Assembly (NCBI GenBank): GCA_963749705.1
Contig: CAVVNQ010000010.1
Span: 32,001-96,000 of the forward strand
Reading direction: 5' to 3'
Source of the DNA: an uncultured Chloroflexia bacterium
GTDB lineage: Bacteria > Chloroflexota > Limnocylindria > Limnocylindrales > CSP1-4
Length of the DNA stretch: 64,000 nucleotides
Shown here: positions 28,706 through 39,699 of the stretch, in pieces
How positions within the stretch are numbered: the first letter of the stretch is position 1
Layout: each line of letters begins with the position of its first letter
Program-made: the position numbers and the translations under genes
The notes under the pieces: model-generated
Seen by the model: the letters and a program-made list of their open reading frames with translations, nothing else
Databases searched by the model: none
What the model was told of the DNA's origin: nothing

Positions 28706-29053
28706 TCAGCCCGTCGGCGGCTCCTCGTCGCGATCGGCCGGTGGCTCGGGCAGCCCCGGTGCGGGTCTGGGCGTGACATCGATGACGACCCCGCGCGGGC
28801 GCGGCCGCCCGTTGAGGACCCGCGACAGCCGCTCCGGTCCGGCCACGAACGGCGCCACGTAGGCGAGGACGATCACCGGGATCAGGACCCGGATCGGCCC
28901 CGGGAAGCGGATCGCGACGAGGATGCCGACGGCATACAGGATCCAGGCCGTGAACAGCGATCGCGGCGGCCACCCGGCGACGTGGAGCCGCCACACGGGG
29001 ATCAGCGCCACCAGGCCGGCGACGAGGAGGGTGAGCAGCAGGGCTGGCGACAT
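28706..29053 (-). CDS. Small hypothetical membrane protein
   Basis: Three hydrophobic segments and a VIDVTP tail. Confidence 0.6.
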   Translation of the reverse strand: MSPALLLTLLVAGLVALIPVWRLHVAGWPPRSLFTAWILYAVGILVAIRFPGPIRVLIPVIVLAYVAPFVAGPERLSRVLNGRPRPRGVVIDVTPRPAPGLPEPPADRDEEPPTG

Positions 29054-29155
29054 CGCCCTCGCATCATAGGGCCGGCGCAGTCCCGGGCGGTGGGCCGCAA
29101 CGGGATGGCGACCGTTGCTCGGATACCATGACCGCCTCCCCGTGATGGAGCGCCC

Positions 29156-30424
29156 GTGACCGACCGCGTCCGCACCTGGCTGGCCGCCTGGGGCCCGATC
29201 CTTCCCCTGCTGCTCGCCGAGGGGACGATCTGGGTCGGCTTCGGCGCACTGCTCCCGATCCTGCCCATCTACTTCACGACCCACGGCGTCGACCTGCCGA
29301 CCCTGGGGATCGTGGTCGCCGGCTGGCCGGCCGCCCGCCTGGTCGGCGAGCCGGTGTTCGGCTGGCTCGCCGATCGTGCGTCACGCAAGGCGCTGATGAT
29401 GCTGGGCCTGGTGCTCGCCGCCGCGTTCGCGGTCGCCCCGCTGTTCGTCGCGGGGCCCGTCGCGTTCATCGCCGTGCGCGCGCTGTCGGGCATGGCGGCC
29501 TCGATCTACGACCCGGCCGCCCGCGGCTACCTGGTGGATGCGAACGCGCCCGAGCGCCAGGGCGAGACGTTCGGGCTGTACGGCGCGGCGCAGATGGGCG
29601 GCCTGATGATCGGGCCCGCGATCGGCGGGCTCGCGGCCGCGCTGACCAACGAGCCCACGGTGGTGTTCTGGGTCGCCGGCATCGCGCTGGTGGTGTCGGC
29701 GGTCCTGGTCGGTGCGCGTGTCCCGGACCTGGAGCGAGGCATCCACACGGCCGCGGAGGCCGCCAGGGAGCCGGACGCCGCCACGCGGCCGCCGAGCATC
29801 CTCAACCTGCTGCTCGTGGCGGCGATCGCGTTCAATGTCGGGAGCTTCTTTGCCGGCGGCTCGTACGAGGTGGTGTGGAGCCTGTACCTGACATCGCTGG
29901 GCGCCGGGATGGCCGCGATCGGCCTCACCTTCTTCACGTTCGCGCTGCCCATCCTCGTGCTGTCGCCGGTCACGGGCCGGTTCATCGACCAGCAGGGCGG
30001 GTTCGTCGCGCTCGTGGTCGGGATGGCCGGCGTCGCTGCGTGCGGAGTGCTCTACCCGCTCGTGCCCGAGGTGTGGTGGATGGTCGTGCTGGGACTGGTC
30101 GAGGGAACGGCCTTTGCGTTTGCCTCGCCGGCCCTGTACCTGCTCGTTGCCCGTGCGTCGCCACCCGGCCGGAGCTCCACGGCGCAGGGACTGTTCGGGG
30201 CCGCGGGCACGATCGGCACGATCGTCGCCTCGTTGCTGGCCGGCGTCCTTGCCGAGGCGGACCTCCGCTACCCGTTCCTCGCGGCCGGGATCGGCACGGG
30301 CGTGGCGCTGCTGCTCGGCCTGCTGCTCGGACGTCGAGCGCTCTACGCCGCGATGCAGCCTCGCCACCCGAGCGCCCCGGCGTCGGCGAACGAGCCCGGC
30401 GCGACGATCGCCGGCGAGGCATGA
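29156..30424 (+). CDS. MFS transporter
   Basis: 12 TM pattern, GWLADRASRK motif A, GPAIGG. Confidence 0.92.
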   Translation: MTDRVRTWLAAWGPILPLLLAEGTIWVGFGALLPILPIYFTTHGVDLPTLGIVVAGWPAARLVGEPVFGWLADRASRKALMMLGLVLAAAFAVAPLFVAGPVAFIAVRALSGMAASIYDPAARGYLVDANAPERQGETFGLYGAAQMGGLMIGPAIGGLAAALTNEPTVVFWVAGIALVVSAVLVGARVPDLERGIHTAAEAAREPDAATRPPSILNLLLVAAIAFNVGSFFAGGSYEVVWSLYLTSLGAGMAAIGLTFFTFALPILVLSPVTGRFIDQQGGFVALVVGMAGVAACGVLYPLVPEVWWMVVLGLVEGTAFAFASPALYLLVARASPPGRSSTAQGLFGAAGTIGTIVASLLAGVLAEADLRYPFLAAGIGTGVALLLGLLLGRRALYAAMQPRHPSAPASANEPGATIAGEA

Positions 30425-30470
30425 ACGGGCTCGCGCCCGGAGCGGCGCACCTCGTCGGCTCGGGTCGACT

Positions 30471-30499
30471 TTGACGGAATCCCCGATCGCCGGTAGAGT
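30471..30499 (+). promoter_or_regulatory. Sigma70-type promoter of tRNA-Met
   Basis: TTGACG-17 nt-TAGAGT, 10 nt before the tRNA. Confidence 0.75.
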
Positions 30500-30509
30500 G
30501 TTAAGCCTT

Positions 30510-30584
30510 CGCGGGGTGGAGCAGCGGCAGCTCGTCGGGCTCATAACCCGAAGGTCGGAGGTTCGAATCCTTCCCCCGCAACCA
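30510..30584 (+). tRNA. Initiator tRNA-fMet (CAT)
   Basis: C1:A72 mismatch, GGG/CCC anticodon stem, CTCATAA loop, encoded CCA. Confidence 0.96.
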
Positions 30585-30597
30585 ATCCGATTCTCCT

Positions 30598-30634
30598 GAA
30601 CCCCGGGACCCGACCACCCCGGGGTTCTTCTTTT
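30598..30634 (+). terminator. Intrinsic terminator after tRNA-fMet
   Basis: GAACCCCGGG...CCCGGGGTTC followed by TTCTTTT. Confidence 0.85.
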
Positions 30635-30735
30635 GTCCCGCTCACCCGGCGGACGATCGCGGCATTGACCGACAGACGGGTTGGGCGCCACCCTATGGAC
30701 ATGGCATCCGGCGTCCCGCCTCGCCAGCTCGTCCG

Positions 30736-32814
30736 GTGACCCGCGCCGCGCCCCATCACGCGCGCTCGGCGAGTCGACGTCCGGCACGTCTCGTGCGCTG
30801 GCTGGCTCCGCTGCTCGCGCTGGCGTTCGTCCCGATGGGCAGCCATGTGACCGCTGCCGCGACCCCGCCCGCATCGGTCTCGATCGAGCGGGTCGCAGGG
30901 CCGGACCGCTACGCGACCGCCGTTGCCGTATCCACCCGGCTGTTCCCGGACGGCGGCGCGCCGATGGTGGCCCTGGCCTCCGGTGCCCAGTTCCCCGACG
31001 CCCTGTCCGTCGGTCCGGTCGCGGGCCGCGACGGCGGGGTCGTCCTGCTCACCCGACCCGACGGCCTGCCGTCGGTCGTCGAGGCCGAGCTGGTGCGGCT
31101 CCATCCCGGGCGGGTCGTGGTCGCCGGCGGACCGTCCGCGGTGAGCGAGGCCGTCATCGACCGTGCCCGGGAGCTGCTGGGGCCCGACGTTCCGTTCGAG
31201 CGCCTGTCGGGTCCCGATCGGTATGCGACCGCGGCCGCGATCTCGGCCGCTTCGTTCTCGCCGGGCGTTGCGATCGCGTTCGTCGCCCTGGGCGGCAACT
31301 TCCCCGACGCCCTTGCGGCGGGCGGCGTCGCGGGCACGCTGGGCGCGCCGATCCTCCTCACGCGAACCACCAGGCTGCCCACGCCGACCCGGGACGAGCT
31401 CGTGCGGCTCCATCCCGAACACGTCGTGATCGTCGGCAGCACGGGCGTGGTGAGCGCGAGCGTTGCGACCGCGATCGCCGCATTGGGGCCGACGGTCGAG
31501 CGGGTCTCCGGCCCTGACCGGTTCGCCACGGCCGCGGCCGTCGCCGCCCGGTTCGCCCCCGACGCCGCCGGCGTGATCCTCGTCAGCGGGCTGGAGTTCC
31601 CCGATGCCGTGGCCGCGGCCCCGCTGGCGGCGGTCGACGGGCGCCCGATCCTGCTGGCCCGGCCGGACTTCCTGCCCCCGCCCACCCGGGACGCGATCAT
31701 CAGCGCCAGGCCGTCCAGCATCATCGTGGCCGGCGGTCCCAGCCGCGTGCCCGATGCGCTCACCCTCGAGGCCGCGGCGTGGTCCGACGGCCGGCTCACG
31801 CTCCCACCCCCGGGGCCGACCTACCCCGCCTACGACTCCCGGTACCACGATCCGGGCGAGATGCTCCTTGCGCTCCAGACGGCCGAGGTCTCGTACCCCG
31901 GGTTCGTCCGCGTGTTCTCGATCGGTCAGAGCTACCAGGGCCGCGAGATCTGGGCCGCCAAGATCTCGGACAACGTCGACACCGATGAGGCCGAGCCCGA
32001 GGTGCTGGTCGACGCCCTCCACCACGCCCGGGAGCATCTGACCATCGAGCAGGCGCTCTACCTGCTCCACGTGCTGACCGCGGACTATGCCTCCGACGCG
32101 ACCGTGCGCCGGCTCGTGGACACCCGCGAGATCTACATCATCTTCGCGGTCAATCCAGATGGCTGGGCCTACGACCTGCTCCCGACCGGCTACCGCGGCT
32201 GGCGCAAGAACCGGCAGCCGACCCCCGGTTCGAGCGCGATCGGCACCGACATCAATCGCAACTACGACTACCGCTGGGCCTGCTGCGGGGGGTCATCCGG
32301 CAGCCCGTCCGCGTGGAACTACCGGGGCCCGTCGGCATTCAGCACGCCGGAGGCCCGGGCGGTGCGGGACTTCGTGCTCAGCCGCGTGGTCGACGGCAAG
32401 CAGCAGATCCGGACCCACGTGACGCTCCACACCAACGGCGAGCTGATCCTGTGGCCGTACGGGTACACGTACACCAACGTCCCGTCGGACATGACCGCGG
32501 ACGACCACGCGACGTTCGTGGCGATGGGTCGCGCGATGGCACGGACGAACGGCTACACGGCCGAGCAGTCGAGCGACCTGTACCCGACCGACGGCGACGA
32601 GATCGACTGGATGTACGGCCGCCAGCACATCTTCTCGTTCACGTTCGAGCTGTATCCCACCGAGCAGGTGAGCTCGCATGCGGACCACGAGCCCCCCGAC
32701 GAGAAGATCGCCTCGCAGACGGCGCGCAACCGCGCGGCCCTTCTGTACCTGATCGACATGGCGGACTGCCCCTACCGGGCGATCGGCAAGCAGGCGCAGT
32801 ACTGCTCGGGCTAG
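30736..32814 (+). CDS. Secreted M14 zinc carboxypeptidase (carboxypeptidase T-like) with three cell-wall-binding-2 repeats
   Basis: 3x [11 protein letters not shown]...FPDAL...ILL; HHAREH, NPDG, WRKNR, DINRN, TFE motifs. Confidence 0.9.
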   Translation: MTRAAPHHARSASRRPARLVRWLAPLLALAFVPMGSHVTAAATPPASVSIERVAGPDRYATAVAVSTRLFPDGGAPMVALASGAQFPDALSVGPVAGRDGGVVLLTRPDGLPSVVEAELVRLHPGRVVVAGGPSAVSEAVIDRARELLGPDVPFERLSGPDRYATAAAISAASFSPGVAIAFVALGGNFPDALAAGGVAGTLGAPILLTRTTRLPTPTRDELVRLHPEHVVIVGSTGVVSASVATAIAALGPTVERVSGPDRFATAAAVAARFAPDAAGVILVSGLEFPDAVAAAPLAAVDGRPILLARPDFLPPPTRDAIISARPSSIIVAGGPSRVPDALTLEAAAWSDGRLTLPPPGPTYPAYDSRYHDPGEMLLALQTAEVSYPGFVRVFSIGQSYQGREIWAAKISDNVDTDEAEPEVLVDALHHAREHLTIEQALYLLHVLTADYASDATVRRLVDTREIYIIFAVNPDGWAYDLLPTGYRGWRKNRQPTPGSSAIGTDINRNYDYRWACCGGSSGSPSAWNYRGPSAFSTPEARAVRDFVLSRVVDGKQQIRTHVTLHTNGELILWPYGYTYTNVPSDMTADDHATFVAMGRAMARTNGYTAEQSSDLYPTDGDEIDWMYGRQHIFSFTFELYPTEQVSSHADHEPPDEKIASQTARNRAALLYLIDMADCPYRAIGKQAQYCSG

Positions 32815-32824
32815 GCCGCGACGG

Positions 32825-35182
32825 TCAGCGGCGATCGGGGATGCCGACGTAGGCCGCGAGGTGCTCGCCGGTGAGCGTCGACCGGGCGGCGACGAGATCG
32901 GCCGGGGTGCCCTCGAACACGATCCGGCCGCCATCGTGGCCGGCCCCGGGTCCGAGGTCGATGATCCAGTCGGCATGCGCCATCACCGCCTGGTGATGCG
33001 AGATGACGATGACGGACTTGCGGGCGTCGACCAGCCGATCGAGCAGGCCCAGCAGGTGGTCGATGTCGGCGAGGTGGAGCCCGCTCGTCGGCTCGTCGAG
33101 GACGTAGATGCCGCCTCTCTCGGCCATCCGGGTGGCCAGCTTGAGCCGTTGTCGCTCGCCGCCGGACAGGGTCGGCAGCTGCTGGCCGAGCTTGAGGTAG
33201 CCGAGCCCGACGTCCTCGAGGCGTGCCAGGATCGCCGCCGCCGCGGGTGTCCTCGCGGCGCCCTGGGCGAAGAACGGATGCGCCTCGGCGACCGGCAGGT
33301 CGAGCACCTCGGCGATGTTCAATCCACCCAGGCGGAGCTCCAGGACGGACGGCTGGAAGCGCTTGCCCCCGCAGTCCTCGCACGGCGTCGCCACGGTCTC
33401 CATGAAGCTGAGCTCGGTGTAGATCATGCCGTTGCCGTTGCAGGTCGGGCAGGCGCCCTCCGAGTTCGACGAGAACAGCGCCGGCTTGACGTCGTTGGCC
33501 TTGGCGAACGCGGTCCGGATCGGGTCGAGCAGGCCCGTGTACGTCGCGGGGCTGCTCCGGCGCGAGCCCTGGATCGGGCCCTGGTCGATCGACACCACGT
33601 TCGCCCCGGCCGGGATCGACCCGTGCACGAGCGAGGACTTGCCGGACCCGGCGACGCCGGTCACGACGCACAGCACCCCGAGCGGGACATCGACGTCGAC
33701 GTGCTGGAGGTTGTGCGTGTCGGCGCCGCGGATCTCGAGCCGCCCCGTCGGCGTCCGGACCGTGTCCTTGAGCATGGCCCGCTGGTCGAGGTGACGGCCG
33801 GTGAGGGTGGCGGAGGCCCTGAGCTCCTCGACGGTCCCCTCGAAGCAGACCGTGCCCCCGCCGGTGCCCGCACCGGGCCCGAGGTCGACCACGCGGTCGG
33901 CGATGGCGATCGTCTCCGGCTTGTGCTCGACCACGAGCACGGTGTTCCCCTTGTCGCGCAGCTCGAGGAGCAGGCTGTTCATCCGCTGGATGTCGTGCGG
34001 GTGCAGGCCGATGGTGGGCTCGTCGAACACATAGGTGACGTCGGTCAGCGCCGACCCCAGGTGGCGAACCATCTTCGTCCGCTGCGCCTCTCCTCCGGAC
34101 AGGGTGCCCGAGGGGCGGTCGAGCGAGAGATAGCCGAGGCCGATCTCGATGAACGAGTCGAACAGGTGGAGGAGGCCGGCGACCAGCGGCGCAACGCCCG
34201 AGTCGTCGACGGCGCGCAGCCACTCGGCCGCGTCCGTGATCTGCATGGCGCACACGTCGGCGATGCCGAGGCCGTTGATCTTCGACGAGCGCGCCGCCTC
34301 GTTGAGCCGGCTGCCGCCACAGGCCGGACAGGTCTTGAACACCGCGGCCCGCTCGACGAACGCCCGCTTGTGGGGCTGCAGGGCGTCGACGTCCTTGCTG
34401 AACATCGACTTGCGGAGCTTCGGGATCAGGCCGTCGTAGGAGACGTTGATGCCCTTGGCCTTGATCCTGACCGTCTGCTTGTAGAGGAGGTCGTGACGCT
34501 CCTTTGCGGAGTAGTCCTTGATCGGCTTGCTCGGGTCGAAGAAGCCGGACTCGATGAACGTCGCCACCATCCAGCCATCCGGGGTGTAGCCCGGCACCAG
34601 GATGGCGCCCTCGGCGAGCGACTTCGACTCGTCGAGGATCACGGACAGGTCGAGGTCGGAGACGGTGCCCCGTCCCTCGCACTCGGCGCACATCCCGCCG
34701 AGGTAGACGGCGTCCTGGATGATCTTCCGCTCGCCCTTGGGGCCGGTCATGACGCCGCTCGCCCGCGTGGTGGGGATGTTGAACGAGAAGGCGGTCGGCC
34801 CGCCGATGTACGGCTTGCCGAGACGGCTGAACAGGCTGCGCAGCATCGCGTTGGCATCGGTGACGGTGCCGAGCGTTGAGCGCGGGTTCGCGCCCAGCCG
34901 CTCCTGGTCGACGATGATCGCCGTCGTCAGCCCATCGAGGACGTCGACGTCGGGCCGTGCCAGCGTGGGCATGAACACCTGGACGAACGTCGAGTAGGTC
35001 TCGTCGATCAGCCGTCGTGACTCGGCGGCGATCGTGTCGAACACCAGCGAGCTCTTGCCCGAGCCGGAGACGCCGGTGAACACCGTCAGCCGGCGCTTCG
35101 GGATCTCGATGCTCACGTTCTTGAGGTTGTTCTCGCGCGCGCCGTGGACGCGGATCACGTCGTGGCTGTCGGCGACATCCAT
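32825..35182 (-). CDS. UvrA-like ABC ATPase, class II (DrrC-like)
   Basis: [19 protein letters not shown], two LSGGE motifs, Zn-finger Cys pairs; 785 aa, shorter than canonical UvrA. Confidence 0.88.
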   Translation of the reverse strand: MDVADSHDVIRVHGARENNLKNVSIEIPKRRLTVFTGVSGSGKSSLVFDTIAAESRRLIDETYSTFVQVFMPTLARPDVDVLDGLTTAIIVDQERLGANPRSTLGTVTDANAMLRSLFSRLGKPYIGGPTAFSFNIPTTRASGVMTGPKGERKIIQDAVYLGGMCAECEGRGTVSDLDLSVILDESKSLAEGAILVPGYTPDGWMVATFIESGFFDPSKPIKDYSAKERHDLLYKQTVRIKAKGINVSYDGLIPKLRKSMFSKDVDALQPHKRAFVERAAVFKTCPACGGSRLNEAARSSKINGLGIADVCAMQITDAAEWLRAVDDSGVAPLVAGLLHLFDSFIEIGLGYLSLDRPSGTLSGGEAQRTKMVRHLGSALTDVTYVFDEPTIGLHPHDIQRMNSLLLELRDKGNTVLVVEHKPETIAIADRVVDLGPGAGTGGGTVCFEGTVEELRASATLTGRHLDQRAMLKDTVRTPTGRLEIRGADTHNLQHVDVDVPLGVLCVVTGVAGSGKSSLVHGSIPAGANVVSIDQGPIQGSRRSSPATYTGLLDPIRTAFAKANDVKPALFSSNSEGACPTCNGNGMIYTELSFMETVATPCEDCGGKRFQPSVLELRLGGLNIAEVLDLPVAEAHPFFAQGAARTPAAAAILARLEDVGLGYLKLGQQLPTLSGGERQRLKLATRMAERGGIYVLDEPTSGLHLADIDHLLGLLDRLVDARKSVIVISHHQAVMAHADWIIDLGPGAGHDGGRIVFEGTPADLVAARSTLTGEHLAAYVGIPDRR

Positions 35183-35229
35183 GCGATCACTCCAGCTGTG
35201 GTGGGCGTCAGCGGTGGCGGGTTTCAGGC

Positions 35230-36045
35230 TCAATCCCAGCGGAACTTGCGCGCGGCCAGCACCACCAGCAGCACGGCCCAGCCGGCGAGGATGACCAGCG
35301 GCTCGGTGGCGTCTCCGGCAACCGATCCCAGCCCGATGCCCAGGGTTCGCGTGAGCGCGGCCGCCGGCAGTACCTCGGACACCGAGGCCACCGCCCCGGG
35401 CAGCCGTTCGAGCGGGAGGACGATCCCGCCCAGGACGAGCGCGACCAGGAACAGGAGGTTGGCGAGCGCGAGGGTCGCCTCGGCGCGGAGCGTGCCGGCC
35501 ATCAGCAGCCCGAGGCCGGCGAACGCCATGGTCCCCAGCACGAGCGCCAGGAGCGTCAGCGGGACCGACGCCCCGGGCCCGGCGGTCCAGCCCAGCGTCG
35601 CGACCGCGATGCCGACCAGCAGGATCATCTGCACGACCTCGACCGCGATGACCGATGCCGTCTTGGCTGCGACGACGACCCCAGCCCCGGCGGGGCTGCC
35701 GCCCAGCCGCTTGATCACGCCGTACTGGCGCTCGAAGCCGGTCGAGATGGCGAGCGAGACCAGCGACGCGGCGATGACCGCGAGGGCGATCGAGCCCGGC
35801 AGCAGCCGGTCGACCGGCCGCCCGGCGTCGACCCCGCCGCTGGTGTCGAACGCGCTGAACACCAGCAGCACGCCGGCCGGGATGACGAACGTGATCAACA
35901 GTCCCTCGCCGCGGCGCAGCACGAGCCGGAGCTCGTAGGCCGCGAGGGCCGACGCCATCCGCAGCCACGACGCCGGACGCGCCGGCGTCCCGGCACCGAC
36001 GACCGACGGGGCGGGTGCCGGGCGGGTCCCGTGCAACCCGCTCAT
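35230..36045 (-). CDS. ABC-2 type permease
   Basis: Six TM, GFERQYGVIKRLGGSP. Confidence 0.88.
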   Translation of the reverse strand: MSGLHGTRPAPAPSVVGAGTPARPASWLRMASALAAYELRLVLRRGEGLLITFVIPAGVLLVFSAFDTSGGVDAGRPVDRLLPGSIALAVIAASLVSLAISTGFERQYGVIKRLGGSPAGAGVVVAAKTASVIAVEVVQMILLVGIAVATLGWTAGPGASVPLTLLALVLGTMAFAGLGLLMAGTLRAEATLALANLLFLVALVLGGIVLPLERLPGAVASVSEVLPAAALTRTLGIGLGSVAGDATEPLVILAGWAVLLVVLAARKFRWD

Positions 36046-37175
36046 TCGCCGTTCCCCTTCGCGCCGTCCCCGGTTGTGCCGCCTGCAGACGCGCCGTCCT
36101 CAGACGCGACGTCCGCGCCCACCAGCTCGAGATAGCGCTCCTCCAGGCTGGCGGCACCGACGCGGAGCTCGGTGATCAACAGCCCGCGCTCGGCACACCA
36201 TGCGGCGAGCGCGGCAACCAGCTCCGGGCGGGGCGGTCCGTCGAGGCCGGCCAGCTCGTATGCGCCACCTGGCCCGGCTGCCACGACCCGCGGCGCACCG
36301 CCATCGGGGCGGACCTCGCCCGCGGGGCCGCCGCCTGTCGCGCCACCGTGCGGCGCGGTCGCCGCGGCCAGGGCTGCCGCGGCCAGCGACGCCGCGTCGC
36401 CGTCGCGCAGCGCGGACGACAACCGGAACCTCACCCGCGGCGCGCCGGCGCCGGTGAGCTCGGCGGGCGTCCCGTAGGCGACCAGGCGCCCGCGATCCAG
36501 GACGGCCACGTGATCGGCGAGGCGTTCGACATCGCCCAGCTCGTGGGTCGTGAGCAGGATGGTCGTGCCGGCCTCACGCAGCGACGCGATCCGCTCGCGG
36601 GTCGCCTGCTTCGCGGCCGGATCCATCCCCGCGGTGGGCTCATCGAGGACGAGCAGCTCCGGGCGCCCGAGCAGCGCGAGGGCCAGGCCCAGCCGCTGCT
36701 TCTCGCCGCCGGACAGCCGGCGGTACCGGGTGGTCGCGACCTGCCCGAGGTCCACCAGCTCGAGCAGCCGGTCTGGGCTCTCGGGGTCCCGGTAGAACCG
36801 CGCGTACAGCCGGAGTGCCTCGCGCGGGGTGGTCCGAGGATCGATCCCGCCGTTCTGCAGCATCAGCCCGATCCGGGGCCGGAGCCGCGCGCCGTCACGG
36901 ACGGGATCCAGGCCCAGCACCTCGACCGAGCCGGTGTCGATCCGCCGGTACCCCTCGAGGATCTCGACCGTGGTCGTCTTGCCGGCCCCGTTGGGACCGA
37001 GCAGCGCAAACAGCTCGCCCCGGTGCACCTGGAACGAGACCCCGGTCAGCACGTCCCGGCGCCCGTACGCCTTGCCGACATCGACCGCGCGGACCGCGAC
37101 GTCGCGCGCGGCGGGCTCGCGCGCGACGGTGTCGCTGGTCGCTGGCGTCGCGCCTGCCCCGGGCACGGCGTTCAC
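36042..37175 (-). CDS. ABC-2 type ATP-binding protein
   Basis: GPNGAGKTT, LSGGEKQR, LDEPTAGMD. Confidence 0.92.
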   Translation of the reverse strand: MNAVPGAGATPATSDTVAREPAARDVAVRAVDVGKAYGRRDVLTGVSFQVHRGELFALLGPNGAGKTTTVEILEGYRRIDTGSVEVLGLDPVRDGARLRPRIGLMLQNGGIDPRTTPREALRLYARFYRDPESPDRLLELVDLGQVATTRYRRLSGGEKQRLGLALALLGRPELLVLDEPTAGMDPAAKQATRERIASLREAGTTILLTTHELGDVERLADHVAVLDRGRLVAYGTPAELTGAGAPRVRFRLSSALRDGDAASLAAAALAAATAPHGGATGGGPAGEVRPDGGAPRVVAAGPGGAYELAGLDGPPRPELVAALAAWCAERGLLITELRVGAASLEERYLELVGADVASEDGASAGGTTGDGAKGNGE

Positions 37176-37636
37176 GGCCGGATCTTCGCGTACTGGGTGT
37201 CGAAGTCCGACGCGAGGACCTGGCCGACCTGCAGGCCCCGCAGCACTCCCTCGGAATCGATGAAGTACGTCTGCGGCGGCGCCACCACGTGGTACTCGGC
37301 CGCGAGCTTGCCGTCCGGATCGGGGAGCGTCGGCCAGGTCGCGCCAAAGTCATCGAGGAACTGCTGCGCGAGGTCTGCCTGGTCCTTGTACATCACCCCG
37401 ATGATCGCCAGCCCGTCCGTCGGGCCGAGGGTGTCGAGGCGCTCCTTGAACAGCGGGAACTCCTCGCGGCAGGGGGTGCACCACGACGCCCAGAAGTTGA
37501 CGATCACCGGATGGCCCCGGTACGAGGCGAGGTCGACGTGCGTGCCGTCAAGCGCGGTGCCCGTCACCTGCGGGGCGGGGTCGCCCGTCGTCGCCCCGCG
37601 GGAGCCACCGCCGCACGCCGCGACCACGAGCAGCAT
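37172..37636 (-). CDS. TlpA/ResA-like thiol-disulfide oxidoreductase lipoprotein (start uncertain)
   Basis: VAAC lipobox, VNFWASWCTPC, PQTYFID. Confidence 0.88.
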   Translation of the reverse strand: MLLVVAACGGGSRGATTGDPAPQVTGTALDGTHVDLASYRGHPVIVNFWASWCTPCREEFPLFKERLDTLGPTDGLAIIGVMYKDQADLAQQFLDDFGATWPTLPDPDGKLAAEYHVVAPPQTYFIDSEGVLRGLQVGQVLASDFDTQYAKIRP

Positions 37637-37691
37637 GACCGCGAGACCCGCGGTGAGGGTTCGTGTGGTGGTTGCCCGGGACGTGGTGGGC

Positions 37692-38804
37692 CTACTGGGC
37701 CGTGACGGTCCCGGTCATGTTCGGGTGCACCGAGCAGACGAACGTGTACGTGCCGGCCGGCAGGGCGGGAACCTGGTACACGATGACCTTGGGACCGGTG
37801 ATGATCTGGCCCTTGAACAGCTCTGCGCCCGAGCTGTCATGGATCGCGACGTTGTGCGGGATCCCCGCGTCGCGATTGTCGAAGGCGAGGGTGAATGGCT
37901 TGCCGGCCGGGACGGTCAGCGTGGTCGCGTCATAGGCGATGCCTTCTGCCCCGATGGACGCGTCGGCCGCGGGCAGGCTCGGGCCCGCGGGTGCGCCGGC
38001 CGACGCGCCCGCGCCGCCTCCGCCGCCGCCGGCCGCGGGCGCTCCGCTGGCGGTGGCGCCCTGGTTCGAGTTGGGGAGCACGCCGGAGCTGAGCAGCAGG
38101 CCGCCGGCGACGATCAGCGCGAGGGCGGAGAACGTCGCCTTGGGCCACGTGGGTGCCCCGCCCAGGTCGAGGTGCCCCGTCCGGTCGGCGGTCTCGACGG
38201 CGACGTACTCGCGGCGCGCGTCGCGCAGCCAGCCGAGCAGGGTCAGTGCCAGCGCGATGATCCCGGCCAGCAGCGCCCAGCCGCCGATCACCATCCCGCC
38301 GACCAGGATCGTCATCGAGATCGCGAGCAGCAGCGGCCGGAAGGACGGCGGTGGCATGTGGACCCCCGCGGGCGGCACGCCATCGGAAGGCGCCGGGAGG
38401 GCGCCGATCGCGGCGTGCGCGGTCGGCGCCGACGCGACATGGTCGTAGTCCCGGAGCGCCTCACGACCCCAGTAGAGGAGCGTGATCGCCAGGATCAGCA
38501 CGCCGACGGCGAGCCAGATCCCCCCGGCGAACAGCCCGAACATCAGCATGAACACGCCAAACGCCGCCAGCGGCGGTGCGAACGTCGGGCCCGGCATGTG
38601 AACGCCGTCGGGCGCGACCGGCGCCACGCGCCGGATCCCGCGCCGGGTCGGCGCCGCGGTCGCGAAGCGATACGCCGTCCAGCTCACGTACAGGCCGACG
38701 AACCCTGCGAGGAACACCGGCAGCAGCTGGATCAGCGATCCCCAGTCCGGGACCACGAACGGCTGCGTGAACTCGATCAGGCCGTTCCAGAGTTCCTCGA
38801 GCAT
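37692..38804 (-). CDS. Membrane protein with duplicated oxidase subunit IV (CtaF)-like segments and C-terminal cupredoxin
   Basis: Two GVHMP-x-P-S/T-F-x-P helical hairpin repeats ending W..E/D; PHN...CSVHPNM. Confidence 0.75.
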   Translation of the reverse strand: MLEELWNGLIEFTQPFVVPDWGSLIQLLPVFLAGFVGLYVSWTAYRFATAAPTRRGIRRVAPVAPDGVHMPGPTFAPPLAAFGVFMLMFGLFAGGIWLAVGVLILAITLLYWGREALRDYDHVASAPTAHAAIGALPAPSDGVPPAGVHMPPPSFRPLLLAISMTILVGGMVIGGWALLAGIIALALTLLGWLRDARREYVAVETADRTGHLDLGGAPTWPKATFSALALIVAGGLLLSSGVLPNSNQGATASGAPAAGGGGGGAGASAGAPAGPSLPAADASIGAEGIAYDATTLTVPAGKPFTLAFDNRDAGIPHNVAIHDSSGAELFKGQIITGPKVIVYQVPALPAGTYTFVCSVHPNMTGTVTAQ

Positions 38805-38814
38805 CGGTTGTGCG

Positions 38815-39000
38815 TCAGCTCCGCTTCAACCCGGCGAACAGGACGTACGCCATGATCGACATCGCGGCGCCCAGGGCGATCAGCATCGTGAGCCCGGCGT
38901 AGTCGACACGATCCGGCTCGACGATCGTCGGGAACACCCAGTAGAAGGCGGCGATCACCAGGAACAGGATACCGACGGCGGCGGCGCGGCGGGGTTTCAT
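38815..39000 (-). CDS. Small 2-TM protein, CtaF N-terminal-like
   Basis: 61 aa, GAAGGA SD, FYW...DYAGLTMLIALG; lies directly after subunit III. Confidence 0.65.
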   Translation of the reverse strand: MKPRRAAAVGILFLVIAAFYWVFPTIVEPDRVDYAGLTMLIALGAAMSIMAYVLFAGLKRS

Positions 39001-39020
39001 GGGTCCTTCTCCGTCGCGGG

Positions 39021-39686
39021 CTACAGCAGGTACAGGGTGGAGAACAGCAGGATCCAGACGACGTCCACGAAGTGCCAGTAGATCGACGTCGCCTCGACCA
39101 TGTCGTGGTGGCGGGCCGAGAACTGCCCGGCCATGCCCCGGTAGAGCACCACCGACAGCATCAGCACGCCGCCGAACACGTGCGCCCCGTGGAAGCCCGT
39201 GAGCGTGAAGTACGTGGTGCCGAACGTGCCCGAGCCCATCGTCATGCCCTCGTGGAACAGGACGCCGTAGTCGTACGCCTGCAGCAGCAGGAAGGTCGCG
39301 CCGAGGATCACGGTGGCGGCGAAGTTGCGAATGAAGCCCCGCCGGTCGTCACGCCCGATCGCCCACAGGCCCATCTGGCAGGTGAACGAGGAGGTGATCA
39401 GGATCAGGGTCGCCGGCAGGATCAGGTTGAGATCGCCGTGCTCGGTGGTCAGGCGGAACGGGTTGAGGATCCCGGCGAACTCGCTCGGCGGCCAGCGGTG
39501 GATCCCGTCGGTGTCGATGAAGCTCGCCCGGATGCTGAAGTAGGCGGCGAACAGCCCGGCGAAGAACATCACCTCGGAGGTGATGAACAGGAGCATCCCC
39601 AGGACCGGGATGCCGATCCCGCCGGACCCATGGGCGTCGGCCGGGGCGTGGTCCGCGGTGGTGATCACCTGCGCGTCTGCGGTCAT
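39021..39686 (-). CDS. ctaE: Cytochrome c oxidase subunit III
   Basis: SEVMFFAGLF, TGFHGAHV, YWHFVDVVW. Confidence 0.95.
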   Translation of the reverse strand: MTADAQVITTADHAPADAHGSGGIGIPVLGMLLFITSEVMFFAGLFAAYFSIRASFIDTDGIHRWPPSEFAGILNPFRLTTEHGDLNLILPATLILITSSFTCQMGLWAIGRDDRRGFIRNFAATVILGATFLLLQAYDYGVLFHEGMTMGSGTFGTTYFTLTGFHGAHVFGGVLMLSVVLYRGMAGQFSARHHDMVEATSIYWHFVDVVWILLFSTLYLL

Positions 39687-39699
39687 CGTCTCGCCCTCC

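Noticed and set aside
25375-30584. Possible genomic island between or beside the two tRNAs
   Set aside because: No integrase, no duplicated tRNA 3' end seen, no obvious composition shift.
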